Below, piece by piece: positions 26,135 to 39,300 of a DNA stretch of 64,000 bases. The notes below the pieces were generated by a model, which saw only the letters and a list, made by a program, of their open reading frames with translations, ran no database searches and was not told the DNA's origin. The stretch is from NCBI GenBank assembly GCA_000934665.2, contig KZ538100.1:62001-126000 (forward strand), in the 5' to 3' direction. The DNA comes from Catajapyx aquilonaris. Taxonomy: Eukaryota. Position 1 is the stretch's first letter; each line of letters opens with the position of its first letter. The position numbers were made by a program, and so were the translations under genes.

Positions 26135-26580
26135 GACATGTGACGGATAGAATGCCACACAAGTTTTTCTGGTTACATTTTAGAGGGGCACTCATTCCAT
26201 AGGCGCGTTCTCCTCGTGACCACTTCGACTAACCGAAAAAAAATTATCCGAAAAATTCATAATTTTCACTCATTTTCAAGATTTCGCAATTTTTCCATCA
26301 TCACGGTATTGCGCAATATGGATGAACCTTGATATGCAGTGCTATGGCATATGTGTGTACAGTTGTGATTTGTCTCAGCAAAATCCGAGATGGCCTAGCA
26401 ACATTTCGGCCCACTTGATTTGGAAAGACCCCTATATATTTTGAGAATTTTGCATTTTTTGACTGTCCATGGGAATTCATCGCCATTTTCAAGTTCCGTT
26501 GTTCACTATAGTAACTCATAATGATTATTTACTCGTATTTTGCTGGGATTTGCTTTTGGCCTCGGGACAGTCAAAAAATT
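26135..26580. mobile_element. Partial long-TIR element, copy 2 (left arm plus centre)
   Basis: Begins gacatgtgacgg; mirror and direct homology to 25211-25703 as described for copy 1. Confidence 0.7.
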
Positions 26581-26921
26581 GCAAAAAATGCGAAAATGCA
26601 ACAAATTTTGTTGCATGTGTAATGATTTGTTTGCACTATAAAGATTAGGTGGACCTACAGAATGATACGTCACCTTTTAAAAACTGCTGTGCAATAAGTG
26701 TGTGGCCAAAGTGAGCGGTATCCTGTAGTGTCAAAAGGTGTTAGAAAGTAGCTCGCAGAATGTGTGTGGCTCAAGATTAATAAAACAGCTGGTTCTATTA
26801 GGACGTGTTAGTACTTCTACACCTAATCGTGAAAGGGATTTCAACGGAATACAAGGAAACACACGAAATTTTGGGGAAATATATTTTTACTGTCTTTATG
26901 AGGTATTGTTTCGATTTTTCC

Positions 26922-27377
26922 CTATCCTTGTGAGGCGTGTGTTCACTATGAGGTACAGGAAAACTACCTCGTAATGACAAAATTCCTCACAAGGATAGCA
27001 ATACGCGTCCACACCTGAGCCCCATAGGCTGTGGGGGCAAGAAAAACACACATTTTCGAAGCGAGTGTAAACTGATCTAACCTAACCTAACCATACCTAA
27101 CTTACCCTACCCTACCCTAACCTACCCAAACCTAACCTAACCTACCGTAACCTAAACCTACCCTACCCTACCTATCCTAGGCTGAGAAAAATGGACTTTT
27201 CTAAAACCCTACATAACGGAATTGTGGGGACATGTCCTCACTGAATCAGTGTCACACCAGGCGTTTTTGCTGTGGGGACGCGAAGTGTCCCCACAATTTG
27301 GAGAAATAATGTCCCCAGAGGTACAGTCAAAACACCAACCTTGGTCCCCAGACCCTATGCAAGACCTGAACACACCT
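26922..27377. mobile_element. Non-autonomous element(s) with short inverted repeats, hairpins and an internal degenerate (CCTAA/CCTAC)n tract; possibly Helentron/HINE-like
   Basis: Perfect 14-bp IR ctatccttgtgagg (26922-26935) / cctcacaaggatag (26985-26998). CCTAA-like tract 27076-27180. Hairpin tgtggggac...gtccccaca (~27273-27295). The family assignment is inference. Confidence 0.45.
27076..27180. repeat. Degenerate (CCTAA/CCTAC)n pentanucleotide tract, TTAGG-like on the minus strand
   Basis: ctaacctaacctaaccatacctaacttaccctaccctaccctaacc..., seen directly. Confidence 0.9.
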
Positions 27378-30300
27378 CCTTAACATGGGGTCTGTGCGAA
27401 TGGTTGCTTCAAGACCAGGATAAAGTGGCCAAAAGTATTTGAACCCGATAGTATACATTACCACCCTGTTCCACTTGATGGATAAAGCACATTATATTCG
27501 TCCATCTGGTATTTTCAGATCAGTTTCTTGTTTTGTTGGTAAGATATTACATAATTATTTTGGCGTGCCCGATGTGAGGCTACTTCTGACATATACCACG
27601 TATATGCCTTTGGCTGTGAAATTGTTCGAACAACCTCTCCATAAATGAACCGTGTGTGATCCGATTGTTGTCAGGGTTTCTCAGAGTTATCTCCAAACAC
27701 TTCTGGACCTCAGAATTTAATAGAAACAGTAATTGACCACCCGTAAATCCGATTTTGACAATATCGGGAATGATGTTATCACACACTTGAGGCTCAGATT
27801 TACCAGACAGCATGACTTGGCCACTGAGCATGACTGGGCCGCGGGTATTGAGATCATTTACAGAAGTGCCGGTGGTCACCTATGTACACAAGATGGGCAC
27901 GCGTGATGAAAGGAGCGACGTGTGGAAATTAGTCCGTATTAAATCAAAACTTCATTAGGTGCAGGACACATGGGCTCGCCATAAATTACTCGCCTCCCTC
28001 CCTCCCCTCGCTTTTTTATGTAGATGTTTGGGGGAGAGAGTGAGGGGTGTGGGAGAGAGGAGGGTGTGATAAGGTGGGGGGTGGAAAATACGTGCACAAA
28101 TTATGAGGACTAAGGCGTGATGCGACCAGGGTTGGAGAGAGCATATACTATAAAATACCCTTCTCTCCGGGTGTCCAATTGTAGGAAACTATAAAAATGA
28201 GCCGCTTCTTCAAGTGACACGAGGCCAAGCGGTGGATGCCACCAATAAATTGGGGAAGAGGAGCGAACCGATATGTGAGGGGCAGAGAGAGTTGAGAGGA
28301 AGGCTTAGAGCGGATTAGACGTTTTGGGCGGAGGTTTTGGGCTGCGCAAGTGAAGTCCTGGGTAGTCTTCATCTTTCCTCGATTCCATTAGGCCGAGTGG
28401 ACCCAGTCGCCTACATGTCGACTCCAACTCTTCATTTAGCTGGAAGAGAAGTGAGTTTTGCGAGGCTGCGACCGCGGAGAGGAGGAGGAGGTGGAGGTGG
28501 TGGGGGGAGGGGGGGGTTCTGCTGGCGGGCACCATTCCAATATCCACCACCCTCCAACCCCACCCACCCTCTCCAAAAGGAAGTGGAAAAGCCATCCTGT
28601 TGCAGTTCATTCCCTGTTAGTAGAGGAGAGGACCTGGCAGTGCAGCAGTTACATTGCAGAAGTGCTGATTCAATGGAATCAATCAGGATCACGGGGGGGG
28701 CTGTGGGGGGGGGGGGAGGAGGAGGGATGATCAATCGTCTTTCATCAACCCCCATATCCGCCACTGGTATAACCCCCTCCACTTTTTTGGAAAGGGAGGA
28801 TAAAATGGGAAGGAGAAGGCGAGAAGGGGGGGAGAGAAGAACGACCCAGGCGGTTTCTCATGTCTCATTTTGACCCCAGTGAGACAGCTGGACAACGACC
28901 ACCATCGGCGCCTTTGGGGGATGTCCAAGATACTCAGCCTCAACTGCCATTCTTTTTCGCACACTCTTCTCCCGCCGGAAGAAGAGCACAAGAAAAGAGC
29001 TGGAGGAGGAGGAACCTTTCTCTTATAATGGCCCATCGCCACCGGAATTCAATCACTCCTCGCGCTTTGCTCTCTAAAAGTCATTTCAGGCCCCACCTTT
29101 TTCTATGTCGCTTTTGGGGTATTCTCTTAGTAATGAATTTGTACTCGACATATTCCTACTAATTTAGGGCAAAGAGTATGATTATACGGATGCACTGCAC
29201 TCTTTTCTTCGAAGAACGAGGGATTTATGCAAATTATCATATTGCAACATGTGTCAGAGGGAAATGACGTGACGGGATCGAAGGGACGAATAATATTACG
29301 CGGGATCTGTAAGATTTACTTAATTTTGCTATAGATATACGTATAATTCAGACGGTTATTAGCAATAATTGGTAGTGTATACTTGCAAGTGAAAATTGCT
29401 TCAAGACCTATACCTCATATGATAAGCACATCAGCCTATATGAGAGGGGTCTTTTACACATGTCGCGACGACGGCATGCTAAGTGAAATATCCTGCTTGT
29501 TAAGACACCCTCCCAACCGCTGAGAAAGTCTGGTCGCCCAACCGGCAGGATATGTCACGCCTTTTACAGGACGCGTTTCCATTTTTTAAGATAACAATGG
29601 CAATGTAGTTGCTATATGAGGATTGAAAATTATGAAATGAGTGCGATTCGTTTCTTCCTGAATTTAACTATTATTCTCATATTAATAGAACAAAATAATA
29701 TCATTGTGCAAAACCAATCATATTATGCACTCCGAAATATTTTAAGTGTACATAGACTCAATAATTTGAGTGGTTTCTTTTCATGCTTTGCATATAGATG
29801 AGAATTTTCACGCATTTAATTATTGCTTGTACGTTGGCAATGGAAGAGAATGAACTTGCTTTAGTGAACCCGTCACTTTTTTCCGAGTGTCTAAAATTTT
29901 CCAAATGAAACTTTCACTCCGCAAATGTTATCAATTTGGGTTCATTTAATTTTTGAAATAGTGCATTTACCGCTTGTAGGCGTAAAATCTTCGATATATT
30001 TTGAGTGATTTCAGACTTGTTTTAAACGAGTTAAAATTGGACATAATATGCTCAAACAGAATTATTTGTAGTGTGTATTGCAGCGCGCATCACCCTGGAA
30101 TGAACATTGTTCTATTTAAACATTCGAATGCACATTTTAAGTCCCCTCATAGGGAAATGTCGTGTTGTTGTTGTTGTTGTTGTTGCTGTATGTTAATTTC
30201 GCAATTTTTACAAACATTTTCTTTTCACCTCCCACCCACTTTTTTCAAAGTCTGTCACCCAGCAGCAAGGCTATATATAGACATTGGGCCAATATATCCT

Positions 30301-33300
30301 CTGGTTTGGCCACCCCCGACGAAACCGGCAGGCGACAATGGCCTTTCCTCCTCTCTCTCTATACAGTACAAGGAGTACAAGGTCTGGATGGGTGGGTGGT
30401 TGGGTGGTGGGAGGATTGAAGAGGGGGGCAGGCAGGCAGGCAGGCAGGCTGCGTCGTCCCCGATAGGCCATAAGGTGGCGTACGACCCGAAATAAGATTT
30501 CGAATGCAAGATATTAGTCGTCAGCTGCGGGCCGACACGAAAGCAATGGTCATTGGTGGGTAGAGAGAGAAGCACGACGTTCGGAGGATGCCGTTTGATT
30601 CGAATGGCCTCCCCCACCACCACCACATGTGCTCGACGATGGGCTTTTTGCTCTCCCTCCTCCTCTTTTTCCCAACTATAACATTATGGCACTTCTTCAC
30701 GTCCCTCGCCCTCCTCTCCCCGATATATTGGCCTCAAACGGCCGGAATATTAAAGTGCTGGAGCCCAAGTATTAAGGGATGGCACTCGGGAAGCATTCCC
30801 TTGGATTATGTTATAAAAAGGAATGCTCCTCCCTTCCTGATGCCCCAGACCAAACACACTGGGGGGGTTCTTATTTCGCGAATTGCCCATTTCGCCCCGG
30901 TTGACGCCCCGGGGCTGCCCCTGGGTCCGCTCCTGGATCCGGCCCCGGCCCCGCTCTCGGTCTTGCCCCCGGTCCCTGCCACTGCCAGACCTTCCCCCAT
31001 CCGAATCGCCAACTTAAGTTCCTTTCCCCCTAGCTGCAAAGCAACATCCTTTGGCCCTGGTGGGTTTGGGAAGGGGGGGGGGGGGNATAATGCTCCTTTA
31101 TTGTTGCAAATTCAAGTCAGGATTTTGTATGGAAAAGGCGGGCACGAATGGTCCTCCATTGATCACGGGGGTCTCGTTTGCCAGCCGCTTATCCAACTCA
31201 TCCTCTTTGGTAGCTGGGGCCAGCTGATGCCCCTCCCCCCCTCCCCCTTCCTCTGCTTCCCCTGCCCCCCCCCTCCTTTTCTTCCCAAAACAGCACGTAA
31301 GGGCTTCTTTTTCATTCGCTGGAGCCGTCCGGATGGCCCTAACCGACACGACGGTATTACCTCTTCTTCATCTGCAAATATAAGCAATACCGCTGGGGAG
31401 CCGTTGGTCAAGATATGAAACTTCGGAGGAGTGGCTGCTGTGGGAGGGGGCTAGGAAAAGATGGAAAAAAAACCCGAAAGGAAGGGGGGAGGAGGAAAAA
31501 ATCATTAGAGGGAAAGAAGAGGAGGATAGAAGGGGGGGCAGGTGTCGGGGGGAGGCCTCTCCGCAGATGTTTTCTTGATGTCCCTCCGGTCCTTTCGCCA
31601 GATCTTTGATATTTTCTTAATGTCTTTTGGCCCTTTCATATTTTATTGGGTCCCATCTGGAAGAGGTTTGGGTGGGTGAGGTGGGTGGGTGAATCTCCCC
31701 CCTCCTCCTCCTTTTGTCTAATATCCGCGGAAAGGTCCCTGAGCCCACCCCACCCTGGAAAAAGATAGAATTTTGAGGAATGGGAGGACCACAAGTGCAT
31801 TTTAAAGTCCCAAACATGGAAATCCCATGGTAATTCGATAGCGGATCCAATATCGAATATTCGTTATTTAGTTGGAGTGGGAAAACTCTCGGTTCGCCAT
31901 TGTCCGCAGCCTGGACCACAAAAAGAGGAGGGGCAGATTAAGGTTTGAGGGGGTGTGGAGGGTATAGGGACGAGAGTGGGGCACACATACACACACATAT
32001 AGAGAGAGAGAGCAGGCGATGCTCTTGGAATAATTATCCATCGACCCATGTAGCCCATACCCGGATGGCTCTCAACCTGTCCTACCTGTATAAAGCTCCT
32101 GGCCTTATTTTGTACGCACATTGCCAGTCACTAATACAGCGCATTTGTGTGGCAAGATGGCGACCAAATTTCTATTTCATTTCTTTTCTTCGTTGCGATA
32201 AATGGCGTTTTGAATCTCTTGCAAATACGCTGGTACGATGTGGCTGAAACTCAGGCCTTTATTTCGTGCGCTTCGGAGTGGTTGGAAAAGTCCATATCGG
32301 ATTCCTAATCCCTATGGAGTATTCCAAGGAAAGGACAAAACAATATACCGGGTCTGCTCACCTGGATTTTAAAAGGGTAATTTTGCTGCTTTACATAACT
32401 GTCCAGTGCCGAATATTGGGCCGGATATTTTTGTTGTCTTCACTTTGAGAAGTGGCCTCGTCCAGTGTTATAAGACCGTGATTTGGAATGGCGACTGAGT
32501 ATTGCACATGCGCGATGTGTCTCTGATAAAATGGCCTCACAGTCCGGATGGCCAGTTTCCGTATATATACCACCAACACTTTTCCTGTATATGCAGTAGA
32601 CCCGGAGAGAGCCATGAACCCCTTTTACTGGATGGCGGTGCACCCCCATCGCCCCCCTGTTGCATATTAATGCCTCCCCCAACCAACAGCAGCCCCCCTC
32701 CCACCAATTCTCCATTATTATGCCATATTGCAAACGTGATTAGGATACGATTGGTAAAGGGAAATGATCACCCATCTATGGGATGTTAACATGCACTATT
32801 CGGGGATAAATGCAACGAAACACACTTGGCCGCCCTACGTGCCATGCATCTGCAATTTTTCCATGGCGCAAGCAGCAAGCATCACGTACTTGCTCTGCAC
32901 CGGTGCTGCTGGAGGGGGGTGAGGAGAGGGGAGAGGNGGGGGGGGGGGGGGGGTGCTGGACCAGCAGGCTGCATGGTCCGTGCGTGTGTGGTGCTGGTGG
33001 AAAATGATGCCCCTTCCCACCCACCCAGCAAACTGCGCAATTGATAATTATGCTTGCCTGCACCCAACACTTTACTCCGAAACACAACCGTAAACATTAA
33101 CCGGAGAATAAATGAGAGCGGCGTTCCCCCCTGTGACATTTTCCCTGCTCAGTAACCCCGACGACGACCAATCACTGATACCGTCCAGACTGCTACTGAT
33201 GCTACTACTCATCCAACATCCTACGCAGCATGAAGAGTCTATACATACACCATCCCCATACGTGCATTGTATTGTTCATTTCATTTCATAATCCACGTTT

Positions 33301-36300
33301 CCTCAGATCCGTCTAGTGCGAATATATACGCACATTCTCTTCTGAAGCATAAGCAACCTGTGATCATTCTGATGTGTCACTCACACTCTTATCCAGCAAG
33401 GCTTCCACTACGTATTTCCATAAATCTGAGACGACTTTGAGGACACGCTGTGTGTCATGTATAATTATTGCAATCATCTGGCAGCATGATTCGGCGCATT
33501 TTCTAGTTTCGTATATTTATTTCAGGCTGACAGGTTGAGCCCCCTGGTTTGTTCCTACAGTTCTGATTGGGAGATAAAGGAACATTAGGGTTTATTATAG
33601 TCGAAGATTTGAAGTGGGTGGGGGGCGGTTGTGTGTTTAGAGGAGAGCGAGTGGTATAAAGGTTATTAGCATTGAAATGAGTCCAGTGTGTGTCTGGGGG
33701 CGATGGGGGCGCATTCAGTAGTTATTGGTTGGCGTACAAAGGCGGGGTTCTTGTAGCCAGAAGGGGCCGAGGAGGCGGCCAATAATGGGAGAAAAATTGC
33801 CAACAGACGAAAAGGCCATCAAAGTACCATTTGCAGCTAGGAGGTGAGAGGCCTGCCTGCCTGCCTGCAAGGGGTGGGTTTGGATGGAGGAGGAGGAGAA
33901 AACTCTCCTATTCCCAGGCACACACAGGCAGCAGCAAACTTCTTTTCATGGGAAAGTGAGGCAGGGGAGAGGAGAGGTAGAAGGGTATAGGGGGGGTCAT
34001 TTAGGGCCTCCGATCGCGTTGCGCAAACTTTGCCAATGAGAACACCACCACCACCACCACCACCACTCACTGTATGCTTTTATCATAATGCTCATCCTAT
34101 TATGGAAAGAGTGTATCAAAATTCTGCGCACGGTGGGTGGGTTGGCTTTAAGTGGAAAGTTAATACCCCCCTCTCTCCACCTCCACCCCACGTCTCCTGC
34201 GGGATGCTGATGCGCACCATGCGGTCCGTATAACCACCAGATTCATTTTTCTGCACAAAAACTGTGTATGTATACTGTACACATAAAATATCTGCGTATG
34301 TCTTTATTTCCACTCCTCTCTTCGTGAAAAGTACACCCGATTTTCATGCACAGCATTGTAAAAGTATATAGGAAGCAGATCCTTTCATTCTCACTTGCCA
34401 GACCATTTTCATCGAGTGGTCTTACTATACATCCCACAGCATCTATTTGCCACTTCTTGGTGAGACCCGGATGAGTGACCAAAAGATGATTCGCATGAGT
34501 TTTGGCCCACCCTGTATATTCCCGCCCCGGGGCGAAGCGCCAGAGCCCCTCCAATAATCATCAATATTGTCGGGGATCTCGCCTCTGCAAACGCCGTAAG
34601 ACCATTATGTCTGCGGGGCATTATATTTGTTTGAAAGGTCGCTTTTTTAGTTGGCTGAGTGGGGATGGGAGGAGGAGGATGTGGCATCCCTCCCTCCCCT
34701 CTTGTAAAGGGATTTATGGAAATGGAAGCATGGGGCTAAGTGGGCTCATGGAATCCGACCAGTCCCAGTTTCCGGCTCATCCTTCAAGCAACTGCAAACG
34801 GAGGGGGATGGGAGGAATGGGGGGGATATATACGAGGAGAGGAGGAGGAGGAGGAGGAGGAGGATGCCTCCTCTTCTGCCCCACCCATCCCCGATCCACC
34901 TCATCCACCCCCCCCTGTGGATCTGTCAACAGCACTCAAGGCTCCATCCAGCTCCAGCATATCCAATTCATCACGCCCGCCGCATCCAATCCCATATTTG
35001 CACTCGCCTGCTGCCATCCGTACCAAAAACACTCCGAATGCAATCGTTTTCTCTCTCTCTCTCTAATAGACACTATACTCTCCCCATCCCCTCCTCCCAT
35101 CACCCCTCCCGCCATCTTCTCTCTCAAATGGTATCAAGTTCAAAAACAAGCTACATTCTCAAAAGATCACCAGATCATCTCTATAGACATTTTTTTTTTA
35201 CGCCAGGCTCCAAAGAGCGATGGTGCAAACTAACCGTCAGCAAGTGATCACCCCCATTGTTGTTGAAATAATTTTTTTTCCAAACTGCCCGAGAGTCGAC
35301 TATACCGGTATAGATGAATTTTTGAATGCGCGCAATCGAGTGCGCAACACAGTTAGCGCAAATTGTTTCCAACACTGGGCTTGAGGGGGTAACAATATGG
35401 CCGACTTTTGCGATGTTGCCAAGGCTTTGGAAAGAACCTTAGAGGTCCCTATGGCACGGAACAATAAACTTGCGCAAGAGTGGATGCGCACTCGGTTGCG
35501 CTCGTAAAAAAATCATATAGGCATATAAACTGAAGTGTTGTAAATCTACATTTGTAGTTCCTTGACGAATAAGTTGACATGAACCAAAACACAAACTGGT
35601 TTCACGTTTTCGTTTTCGTTCAATTATTCGTTCACCGTTCACGGTAGCCCCGCGCATGCGCTATTGTTTATGTCACCAGCAGCAATGAACGCGCATGCGC
35701 AGAAGGATTTGGAGGGTGGAGCCTATACCCGATTTTGATTTTGATTGGTTGGTGCTTCCAGTGCATAAGCGATCGTCCAATTATGCCGCAATTATGATTA
35801 AATGATTTCCTCCGACTCTGTAGACTTTGTGCTGGGTTGTGTGGGAGTTGATTGAATAGATCCTTCTCCGCCTGGTGGGGATGGGCGGGGGGTGCGGCGG
35901 CGGCGGCAGCGGCGGTGGTGGTGCAGCGAAACGGAACTGGGATCGACTTCCATTCCGATCAATCTCCATTTGCCATCAGGGATTAGTCTCCCCTTTCGTC
36001 ACGGGGTTAATCAAGGCTGACAAGTAAATGCAAGCCGCGCCAAAACTCCAGAGTGGGATGGCCCCCGCGACCATCATGCTAATTCGCTTTTGTTCCTCCC
36101 CCCCNNNNCCCCCCCCCCCCCCTGAAAATGCCAAGACTTTTTACTTAATTCCTAATGGACCCCCCCAGCATCCCCCCCCCACTGCAGGCTGTAGTTGCGA
36201 AATTCACCCAGAATTTATACACGGCGCAAGAAGTGGGTGTGAGATGGGGGGTGGTGTGATGTAGTGTTTCCCCGCCAGAATATAATCTTCTCGCCATCGG

Positions 36301-39300
36301 ATCCCGCGGACCAAAGTGAATGCTGAGGTGAAATTTTCGCAGTATTTCGCCCTGCTTAAATGGATTTCAAAAGGGGTTATTTTCATTTCCTGGGGATACT
36401 GTATAAGTTTAGCAATTTAGGCAGTATTTCATCGCTGGGAGGCGCTCGCGTTTCCATCTCTTTCTCTCTCTCTCTACCCCCGCAGATTTATGAGCGAAAA
36501 GGAAGCTGCGGAAAACCTATTCCAGGCAACTTTTGGCCAAGAATTGCGGACTGTGTTTCTATGGGGGTATAGGGGCCTAGTTTGCTAATGGAGCCAGGGT
36601 GGTGGTGGTGGAGGAGGCAAGCGAGAGCAGATGTGGTGACCGCACCGGGGTGTAGATGGAAGCACAGTACTTCTTATGGTCTGGCTAAAATGGGGAAGGG
36701 AGGGGTTGTCTTGTGATTTCAACCCGCAAAATGAAGCGAGGGGTATTTTATAGTTTTGCGTTTTGTAGAACAACGCCAGGCAGCACCCGAGAGGCGGGCA
36801 AGCGCCACCCGCAGATTTATCGCACTCATTATTTCGCAATGTGCAAAAGAGGGCCGGTTTATTCAGCCGAATATCGGACCAGGTTCTGCACTTCCACCAA
36901 AAAAATAATAATAACGATAATAGAAAAGGAAGTCTACCTCCACATTCGCAATAAATCAGAAGGGCAGATAATAAAGCATCCGCTGAAATTTTCGGAAATT
37001 GTTAGGAAAGTACACTCCGGGTTTTAGTAACGTATTAATGAAATTGTCATTTTTCTTACTAACAGTAAGAAAAGGGTTGTGTTAATTTTTATAAAACTGT
37101 ATATTTGGTGCCTGAGATGTAAGTAACGTTAAAAGTAGGTAATCCCGCCTTTTTGTGCAAGCCCCGATGACCCTGTATAGTTTGGCGGTGGACAAGATCG
37201 TGACCAACTGGGCCTTCATAAACTTGGGTCGGTGTCCATAAACGATGTTCGTGGAGCTGTGCGAACTTTTTCCCTTCAATAGATTCCTTTATGGCTACCG
37301 ATTTGCTAAAAAGTCGGCTTGTTTTGCACTCTTCCCCACACAACAGGTGGCAGACTAAGGGTCACCTCCAAGTGCGTATGTGATGTGCAATCTTCCAAGT
37401 GTAATAATAATAATTTGCTGCAAGGTATCACCGGACCGCGAATGTCTTATTTTGGAAGAAAACATGGCTATAGCTGGAGGGGAGGTGTTCTCCGCGGGTA
37501 TTATTCATGATCGCTGCCGGATAATTTATGCAGCGACTTAACACCGTGCTAAATGTTGAGGGCAGTTACGCTGTAAAGTTATTATCGCGGGTTTGACGCT
37601 TCGAGGGTGGTTGCTGAGAGCACAGGGTGGCTAGTATAGTTACAACAACAGATTGTAATTAGCTTTAGGAGCTTGATGGGTAACTTGGATTTTTTCTCTC
37701 TCTCTCTTTCTTTGAAATTCTTCTGATTTGCAGTCTGGTCCATATTTTGGCCCTGGAAGTACCACAGACATGCCATCGGGTGCCAGCGACGCTGCCGTAG
37801 AGCCATAAGAAACCCTTCTCCCCCTCACTCCCATCCCCCCTCTCCCTCCCTCCCTCTGGTTCTCACCGCTTGGCGGCGCTTGAAGACTGCGTTTTATGCC
37901 CTCCACTCCATGCATCGGGCGGATTAATAAATCAGCCAGTGCATAAAAATTCTCCTTCCATCTTAACGCCAGAGTAATTTCGATAAAAAAAAAGTCAGCA
38001 CTCCCTCTTACCCCTCTCCCCCCCTCCTCTCCTATCCTATAAGAATGGCGCCTTCCAGAGGCAGCAGCAGCACCTTGGCCCGTTCGAATATCAAAAGTGC
38101 GAGAGAACTTTTTCTAATTTTTACCATTTGGAAAGCCATACATTATCGGCACGACGACAGTCTCCCGGTTTGGAAATTAAAATTAAATGAAAAATGAATG
38201 GGGGGGAGTTGGGTGGGTGGAGGAAGGGGGTGGGGGAGGGTGTGCGTTTTTCTCTCTCTCCCCCCCCCCCCCCNCCGGGCGGGCCCGAGGCTCATTAAGC
38301 GCCATGATGCCCGCCAGAACACGAGCCGCCTGTGCCTGAGTGAGTCTTAATTAGGACTCGGGCCCCCGGGTGGGAGATGATTAATAAAAAAAAGGAAAGA
38401 AACTCTTTTACACCCCGACTTTTTTAATTTTTTCGCCTCCCTCTCCCCCCCCCAACCCCCTCTTTCCTCCCTCTTCCCCTCCCAAAAAGCATCCATACCC
38501 AGGCTGTGTTCATTGAAAAGTTTGCGCTCTATGCAAATGGCTTCTATTGGCAATCGGAGCCTGTTCGCCGCGGAGGAAAATGCGGCTCCAGATTAATTTT
38601 TAGGAGGAGGATTTTTGCTCCTGTTATGGGACTTTTCCTAAATTGAAACCGACGGGATTGAATGTCATTAATCTTTCCTTCCTTCAAAAGCGCGCGGAGA
38701 GGGCGCCCCTCCCCTCCCACTCGTCTCTTTTTTCCCCCTATATAATTCAACATGGGAAAAAAAAAGAAAGAGAGCCAACTTCCAAGCGTGGGACCTGTCC
38801 CTATACCATGTATTGTTATGAATCGAGAGTCAGGTGTGGGCCAATTCAATATCCGTTTTTTTTTTTGGCCCCAAGCAGCGATGCTGAGTTGGAAACCTTC
38901 TGAACTCTATTTATCGCCTGATTTATAGGAGGTGTCAATTGCAGATTTATTTCCCTCTTGAGTGAGGCTTCATCCTGCTGGTTAGGTGACCAACACTGCC
39001 ATGATGCGTCTCGTGCTGCCTGCCTGTCAGGGGCTCCCCACCGAGCAACAGGGTCAATGACTGCCAAAAATTTTGGCCGTCCAAGCAGAGGGTGGTTCCC
39101 AGGCGAAACCAGCAGGGGACGAGGGGAGGGGAAGCTCTCTCTCTCTCTCTCTCTTCTCCGTCAGATGCGCCCGGGAGTGGTGCCATGGTGATTGCTTCAA
39201 AACTCGATTAGAGCCTTCGACAGAGAGCATCGAAGCTCAGTTGGGCAGAGCCAAAACGGTCTCTAATTGGACGCCTGCCAGTCCGATTCATCGCCCACCC

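Noticed and set aside
27400..27890. Coding-like minus-strand segment (ORF 27580..27879) with an upstream AG acceptor
   Set aside because: All frames are interrupted and no domain was recognised; may be a decayed TE or pseudo-exon but cannot be supported.
30588..35233. ORFs of 276 aa (30588..31418) and 243 aa (34502..35233)
   Set aside because: Driven by G/C runs and simple repeats; no recognisable domain or coding-like codon bias.
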